A stretch of DNA of 63,787 bases, filler included, from Craspedostauros australis (Eukaryota), in NCBI GenBank assembly GCA_030167865.1. It is 8 parts of 8 records of this genome, joined end to end, with 100 filler letters (N's around TTAATTAATTAA, not from the genome) between each part and the next. Parts side by side here need not be neighbours in the genome. Positions count along the whole stretch, not along the records: positions 56,356 to 57,464 come from JALAGF010001607.1; positions 57,565 to 59,459 come from JALAGF010001609.1; positions 59,560 to 62,450 come from JALAGF010001610.1; positions 62,551 to 63,787 come from JALAGF010001612.1; 4 more parts are not named here. The stretch is one strand, 5' to 3'. Made by a program: the position numbers and the translations under genes. Under the pieces are notes generated by a model, which saw nothing but the letters and a program-made list of their open reading frames with translations, made no database searches and had not been told where the DNA came from. Of this stretch, positions 56,356 to 63,787 are shown one piece after another (position 1 is the first letter of the stretch; every line of letters starts with the position of its first letter).

Positions 56356-57399
56356 CACGTAGCGGGAGCTCTTCACCGTCGTGGACTGCTCTGGGATCTC
56401 TTTTGCGAAACGGAGAAGCACCTCCTTGTAATCAGGGACCGCTTTGCCGTATGAGAGCTTGAGGGCGATCTTGAATGGCTGCATGCCCGGTGCCAGGATG
56501 GATCCGAAGATGGCATCCACAATGTCTTGGTTGTGCATGGGGATGTCGCACTCTTCAAGGGCGTCCACAGCTCGCTGCAGCTGGGAGGAGAACTTCTCGA
56601 AGGAGAAGTTCCTCTCGCTCTGGTAACGCATGGTCGCGATGGTCTTCTTGGCTGTGGACGCTTGCGCGTCGCGGCTGGCCTTGCTGTCGTAGTGGGCCTG
56701 CAGTGCCAGGAAGTCCTTGCGGCCATTGCGCTCGCGGATGGTGGACCGGATGTAGGTGTAGGCGTCCGAGTCTGGCGCCATGTTCTGCAGGATGACTTGA
56801 TGCACGGTTGCGGCATCCTGAATGAACTCCTCACCGGTGTGAGGTGCCAGTGCCACCGCGTTCTCCTCCCATGTGAGGTTGGGGTCCCATGCATCAGCTG
56901 GTTCCGATCGTATGACATACCAGACAGGGATGCCTCGCATACCGATGATGGACCGCAGGATGCTGTCCAGTCCATCGCCCCAGCGCTTCCACTCGAGCGA
57001 CGACTTCAACAGGATGCCGAATGGCTTCCCGATCAATCTGTCGCCCTTTGTGCGTCGATTCTTGCGCTGCTCGATGCGGTCCATTGCATCCGCGATGCTG
57101 TTGAGGAATGTGGCTTGGCTGGTACCTTCTGCAAAGGCGAACTCTTGTCGGATCCTGTGTTGGTCATCGACCCAGTGCACCAGCAATGTCAGCCTCTTCC
57201 TGATGGCCCTGTTGATGAGGATGGCGTTGTCTCCTTTCGCAAGTGCATCGCAGGCGTCGTCGATGGTCTTCGCCGTCTCGCCTCTCATGGTTGCCATTCC
57301 CAGTGGATCAGGGGCGAAGGTGTCCTTGACTGCGTCTCTGACTGCAGGGACGCTCAGGCCGCACCACTCGAACATCGTCTGTAACGAGATGACCGCCAT
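56356..57399 (-). mobile_element. Ty1/copia (CoDi-like) LTR-retrotransposon gag region, truncated by contig end
   Basis: GIPVWYVIR, APHTGEEFIQDAATVH, RNGRKDFLALQAHYD and YQSERNFSFEKF resemble diatom copia gag as I recall it. No LTR or pol is visible in this 1.1-kb piece. Confidence 0.72.
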
Positions 57400-57876
57400 C
57401 TTGTTGGTGGAGCGATGTTGGATGCTGCCAACCTGCTCGCTCGATCCGTTGGTTGATCAACACCNNNNNNNNNNNNNNNNNNNNNNNNNNNNNNNNNNNN
57501 NNNNNNNNTTAATTAATTAANNNNNNNNNNNNNNNNNNNNNNNNNNNNNNNNNNNNNNNNNNNNGTGGAAGATCTCGTGAACATGAACATGAGCGTGGAA
57601 CGAACGAGCAAGAAAGGCAAGGGAACGGTGACAGAGGCGACGCGATGACATGGAGGCAACACAGCATTTGAGGCACCACAAAGCGACGGCAAAGTACCGA
57701 CGGCACTCAGGTTTTGGTTGGAGATATCAGAGAGCAACTGAAAGCATCATAAAGAGGCTTCAAAGGCAACTTGGATACCCGATACATTGCACAGACACGC
57801 GCAGCCCAGGTGGAGAGTGGATCAAGAGCAGCAGCAGCAGCAACAGCAACAATAGCCTTGCTCGCAAGAACTCACG

Positions 57877-59459
57877 ATGCAATCCAACACCACCGCGGCT
57901 CCGACAGCATCGACCACGCCAGTGTCGTTTGATAAGCTCAATTGGGGACCGGTCTTTGATGACGCCGCTTTCTGGAAGAAGGATCTACGAAAGACGGAGC
58001 TGAACAAGCGCTTGGCGACGCAGATGAACATCAGGGGACGAGCATGGAAGGAGTGGCAGGTAGTGTACGAGAGACTGTGGCACACCAGAACAATCGCGAA
58101 CCTCTTGGCGTCGTCGACCGAACGCAACCAATACAATTCGACCCTGCGACAGGAGTTCAACCTTGAGCGTCGCGAAAGCACAGGAGAATACTGGGATGAT
58201 CCACTCCGGTCTTGGATCTATCGGGAGGCCGCGGCAGTTCGAGCTTGGTGCTATATTCGCGGAAAGAATCCAAACAGGCTCCATGCTGATCTTGTCACCA
58301 TGCTCCGCCATGAGCTGGACAAGAAACGTGGATGGCACAGTGCTGTCAACAAAATCCGTTGCATGAATGCATCTAGACACTGCTCAAGCTCATACTACGT
58401 TGGGACAATCTCAGTATGGCACAAAGGAGTTGAATCGCTGATTCCAGATGAAGTCCTCGTCGACAAACGAGAACCATGGGGAGACCGGAACATGGTGCTA
58501 CTTTACGATTCCGGAATCGGTACCGGCAAGACCATCGAGCTCGCGGCGAGTGCATACTCGAGGGATGCGCCCATTGCGTTCCTACTTGATGCAAATGGCG
58601 ATATCAAAGAATCGGTAGACATCCAGGAACGGCACACTCTCGCCCGAAACAAGCTCAAAGCATCTCTGGATGCCTGTGTTGTACAATCGAAGGAGATTAT
58701 CAACACCATCTCACGCTCCGTCGCATTCTGGAACCATGAACCCGACGACAAGGACGATGTCACAGTCATTCTCGGCATTGATAACGCATCGAAGTGTCCA
58801 AACCTTGTCCGAGCAATCATCCACAAATACAGGGTTTTTGGCGATGTCCTTGGAGCATACATCATGAACAAATGCGAGGGTGAGCTCCCCAACGATGAAG
58901 TGAAGTCCAACCTCAAGGTGGCATTTTCCATTGCGGGTGCAGGTGTTCACAACTTTGCTGTAGGATCCATCCCTTCTCACTCTGGGTGTCACACACCAAC
59001 CGTACTAGCGGTGGAGAAACAACTCTACGAGCATCTGCGACAGAAATACCCCAAGGAAGGGGGAGAGAGAGCACGCATCCCCGAGTACGATGAGGTGGCC
59101 AAACATCCTCTCTTTGGTCCCATGGCGACCAATCCGAGAATGCAGTCCATCCTCCTGGATTTTCTATCCGACAGATTTTTCCTCTTCAAGAACCAAAGGG
59201 ATCATGAAACGATTGTTTGGAATGTCCTCCAGAAATTCATGGGTTGTGGCAGCATGAAAGAGCTGCGGAAGGACCCAGAAACACTCATCCAGATGGCGTC
59301 GCAGACACTTGCCACTCTCCTCTTCCAGCGCGAGTTCACGATGACCGGCCATGTAGATGAGATTGTTCGAGTCGTAACCAGCTTGGATTATGGTATCCAG
59401 TTCGCTACATTCGAGAAGAACACGATCCCAATGCGCCGCCTTGTTGAAGACTCTGGCCT
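57877..59459 (+). CDS. Uncharacterised protein with divergent P-loop NTPase domain, 3'-truncated by contig end
   Basis: VLLYDSGIGTGKT (Walker A-like, about 58495-58533) and VILGIDNA (Walker B-like, about 58765-58788). Confidence 0.65.
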
Positions 59460-59559
59460 NNNNNNNNNNNNNNNNNNNNNNNNNNNNNNNNNNNNNNNNN
59501 NNNTTAATTAATTAANNNNNNNNNNNNNNNNNNNNNNNNNNNNNNNNNNNNNNNNNNNN

Positions 59560-60238
59560 CTCGAACTGCCGCGGCCTCCCGATAGATCCAAGACCGGAGT
59601 GGATCATCCCAGTATTCTCCTGTGCTTTCGCGACGCTCAAGGTTGAACTCCTGTCGCAGGGTCGAATTGTATTGGTTGCGTTCGGTCGACGACGCCAAGA
59701 GGTTCGCGATTGTTCTGGTGTGCCACAGTCTCTCGTACACTACCTGCCACTCCTTCCATGCTCGTCCCCTGATGTTCATCTGCGTCGCCAAGCGCTTGTT
59801 CAGCTCCGTCTTTCGTAGATCCTTCTTCCAGAAAGCGGCGTCATCAAAGACCGGTCCCCAATTGAGCTTATCAAACGACACTGGCGTGGTCGATGCTGTC
59901 GGAGCCGCGGTGGTGTTGGATTGCATCGTGAGTTCTTGCGAGCAAGGCTATTGTTGCTGTTGCTGCTGCTGCTGCTCTTGATCCACTCTCCACCTGGGCT
60001 GCGCGTGTCTGTGCAATGTATCGGGTATCCAAGTTGCCTTTGAAGCCTCTTTATGATGCTTTCAGTTGCTCTCTGATATCTCCAACCAAAACCTGAGTGC
60101 CGTCGGTACTTTGCCGTCGCTTTGTGGTGCCTCAAATGCTGTGTTGCCTCCATGTCATCGCGTCGCCTCTGTCACCGTTCCCTTGCCTTTCTTGCTCGTT
60201 CGTTCCACGCTCATGTTCATGTTCACGAGATCTTCCAC
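59560..60238 (-). repeat. Reverse-complement copy of 57565-58243 (contig overlap)
   Basis: ORF translations in the two copies are identical, and each copy starts exactly at a contig boundary. Confidence 0.92.
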
Positions 60239-63200
60239 ACTCCGCAGATTTTCGCAGAAACGATCCAACAAACAAGAAGCGTGTCAACTCCAACAAAAGA
60301 ACAAAGATATATTGAGTCTTGTCTTGTGGCTGGGTCACGCCGAATGCTATCTATTCTGTCGAATGCAGTCAGGAACAATACAAATCTGGTGCTTTCAATT
60401 GTATGGTATTCCACAAGCTAGTGCATGCAGCATTGCTGTTCCCACCAACATAAGAATGACAAATGCAACTAAAATGATGAGTATCATGTAGTCCACCATC
60501 ACAAGGACACTTCCTCCACCCAAATCTTGGCAGCGTCTCAATGACATCACCAGCCGTGGGTGGCTTCGATCTGGAGAGCAGGTCAGATACCTTGCATCGA
60601 TGATTCTTTGAAGTCTGACATTCTCTGCAGCTCTCTCTCTCTCTTGTTGGCAGCGAAGCTTCGAATTGCGCCGTCATCGGATACAAGGAGCAGTGTGATA
60701 GAACTTAATCGTAGATGGGTTTTGAAGGATACCGCACCAAGAACGTAGAGTGATCAGATCGTTGTTGTTGGTGAGGTTGAGTGTTTGTTTACTGGTTATT
60801 CGTATGAGTGGTAGGATGCTGTCAAGCTCACAAGATGGTTTCTTGGAACTGTGATCATGAGAGAGACATGACAGGATCTCATGCAATTGCAAGTAAAATT
60901 AACACAGAGACAACATGACAAATGTGCATGTTTGCCTTATGCCGGCGGACGATTGATGTTCATACGATTGCTAATGATAATGAATGTTGTTGTTGATGAT
61001 GTAAGATCAAAATTATGATTACTTGAGCTATCTCTCTCCCTTCTGCAGTCTGCACCTCTTGTCAATCGTATTCATGCATTTCGAGATCAGGTTGTTTGTG
61101 TCGAGATGTACATGTGAGTATATGTCAAGATGTACGTGTATATGTGCATCGTTCACCCGTTATTCTCTCATATGCACTTGGACGGTATAACTACATTCGT
61201 GTCAATAGTATGCTGTGATTCGTCAGAATTACAGCGGAAATGGAACACACGAAAATGAGCAAGATTTCTGGAGGAAATTTGCAAATGACGATTTCTGAGA
61301 GAATTAGAAGATCGTCCGTCCATCCACCAATGGTACCAAGAGAATCTTGAGGTACTTCCCAACTAAACCTCAGATGACGATATCATCTGACAGGCTGCTG
61401 CATCACCAATGGAACATGACATCTGGAGAGCAGAAGGACGCCTACTGACGTCGACAGGATGTCATCGTGTCACCACGTCGACATCTGTCTCCAAGTCAGA
61501 GCAGGAAGCGAAGATCCGATGACCGAAGAGGATCAGCATCATGGATACAGAAGGTGAACTTCAAATGGCTAGTACTCATGGAGTAGGAGCCAGTACCGAA
61601 TGAACGGAGTGTCGAATGTGGAGCACGCATCAAACACGGAGTATCGTGTAGTACAAGCACACGATGTTGAAAGAGAGAGAATACAGAGAGGAGCGAGAGA
61701 GCATCTCGCGTACCGACTCATAGTCGGAGACTGAATCTACGAAACAGATTGAAGCGCCAAGAGCATCGGTCAAAGCAACAGAGTACACCAAGAGGATTGG
61801 AGTAGCAACAAAATGAAATAGTAAACGAACGACTATCAACCAACACCATCTTCCACAATCGTAGGTTACCGTGAGCGGAACTTGCCAACAGTCTTGATCA
61901 CCATATCATGGAGATGTATCAGCAGTTTGCTGTCCAATAGAAGCTCCTCATGCAGTCTACACAGAACTATTGCTATGACACATTAAGTTGGTTGGAGGCC
62001 ACCAATGACATCTGCTATGGCAATCAGGAGCTCCAAAGGATGAAAATGCGTGTTGGTCCAAGTTCCTGGTCATATCAGAGGACACCGATCCTCAGAGAAT
62101 CCAGGAACACACCATGTATGATGCATTGGATGAAATGGGCAATGAGCAAAGCTTTCTTGGCTGGACTATGAAGGGAGTCGCTGCTAATTGCATGCAAATA
62201 TCACAGATGAAGTTTGTAGGCATTTCCAACATTGCTTTCACTCTCTATCGCTCCATGTATCCTTCACACTAGAATGCTAGCTTCTTCTTTGCTAGCATGC
62301 CAATGCATCCATCATCAGTATGACAAGGACGACGAAACACTATTGTACATGAAGAGGTATGATTGGGCATTTATTTCATTTCGACATGTGGAAGGTCGAT
62401 TGCCGGGACTGCGACGTAAAACTCGATTGTGTTTCAATTTCCGAGGGGGGNNNNNNNNNNNNNNNNNNNNNNNNNNNNNNNNNNNNNNNNNNNNTTAATT
62501 AATTAANNNNNNNNNNNNNNNNNNNNNNNNNNNNNNNNNNNNNNNNNNNNTCACAGCCTCTGCACAGTCGGAAATAATCATAATCACATCATCACACACA
62601 CAACACATCCCGTATCGTCTCCCGATCATCACAGAAGTTGTCTCGCACCAAACCGCATCACACCACTCGCGTCACCAGGGAGCAGGGGAAAAAAGCTACC
62701 TGCAAAAAAAAAAAGGCTGTTTTCATGCACTTGTTCACGTATTGTTTCCACGACCTTGGACTGATACGACCAACGCTGTCAGGACAATGCAAGTCAACAT
62801 GAGTAGTATCGATAGTACTTGCATGCGAGTTCCACACAGTCGATTTCGAACAAGCAGAGCTCGCGTTTGTCGTCCTCCTTCCTTTTGTCGGCGTTTGTGC
62901 TCCTTGGTTTTGGTGGCGCCTGTTGTGGTGGTTTGGTTCTTCGCTGGTTTCTGCGTCGTTCATGCCCTTCACACAGTGCCGAGTGTTTCTTGGTGTTGGA
63001 CTCGCTTGCGTTGCCATCCGACGGGCACGACACACACACTCATGCATTCGGTGTCTCTGTTCGATCGAGCGCAAATCGCCAACACAAATACAGCAACCAG
63101 CTCCTCATGGTTGCTGATCATCCTCCTGTCAACAAATGTGTTGCGATGCATCTTTTGAAGCATTGCGCCACTGATGCCGACTCCACTGCGTCGTCATCAC

Positions 63201-63787
63201 TTTCGTCATGTTTGGTTTGGTGGTGGTTTTGGTCCGTTTTGTTGTGTGTTGGTCTCATGTGGCATTCTGGTGTGGGCTCAAAAGCACGCGCTTGTTGTCT
63301 CGTTTCTGTGTCATTCACCGCGTCCGGTTGCGGTACATTTTACAGCGACGACAGCGTTTGGCGAACTTCAACTATTACTCTTCTAACACAAACCCTTTGG
63401 TCACGGAAAGTGTTCTTCGATTTCGTTGATGCGACATAACATGTGTTCACCGTGATACGAGTTTGTCCATCCCAGTGTGCACCAAAGAACACAACACACA
63501 ATGTGCCCTGAGAGCAGAACCACACAAACATGCTGCCGCTGTTGTCACAAAATGGAAGTGAACCGTTGTTGTTGGCACATTCGTGCCTTGTTGCACTGAT
63601 AGCTACTCCTCACTCCTACAATACTCTACTCCACCTTGCTCTGCTTGCACTCTATTCAGGTCACAAACCAGTTGTCATTGATGTAGTGTTTCATTGAGAC
63701 ACTTTTGCACTTGCGTGTTGCAATAGCAAGATGATTGTCATTCGAATAGCACTGCTCATCTTGGTTCGCATGGCGCTGCTATGGTTG

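Noticed and set aside
53234..63787. Gene cluster or system formed by ankyrin + gag + P-loop genes
   Set aside because: These lie on separate short contigs joined by artificial spacers, so linkage is unsupported.
60240..63787. Short ORFs and small hairpins (e.g. CAGATGA/TCATCTG at 61371-61389)
   Set aside because: No recognisable domains or codon bias; may be decayed repeat DNA but cannot be assigned by eye.

Overview
Eukaryotic nuclear DNA, most likely from a diatom. The basis is GT-AG introns plus a gene and TE mix typical of diatoms: an Ambal-type LINE, a CoDi-type copia gag, an HSF and an FkbM methyltransferase. The window is not one continuous locus. Seven artificial 100-bp spacers (44 N + TTAATTAATTAA + 44 N) join eight pieces, so adjacency across them is not biological. 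Piece 1 (1-28157) holds a nearly full-length non-LTR retrotransposon (PHD-finger ORF1; APE-RT-RNase H-CCHC ORF2; structured 3' UTR; (TTA)n tail), an ALG5-like glycosyltransferase, a two-TM receptor-like kinase with a 7-bladed propeller ectodomain, MED14, EDC4, an AKTIP-like UEV and an FkbM methyltransferase. Piece 2 (28258-53133) holds an HSF, three SVOP-like MFS paralogues interrupted by a long ankyrin gene, an orphan membrane protein, CCT-alpha, a rhomboid-like protein, a helix+FHA protein (candidate Survivin/BORI-type chromosomal passenger subunit), succinyl-CoA ligase beta and a possible DNA-transposon end. The short pieces after 53234 carry an ankyrin gene, telomere-like repeats, a copia gag, a divergent P-loop protein and a reverse-complement contig overlap. 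All calls come from reading motifs by eye; no database searches were run.
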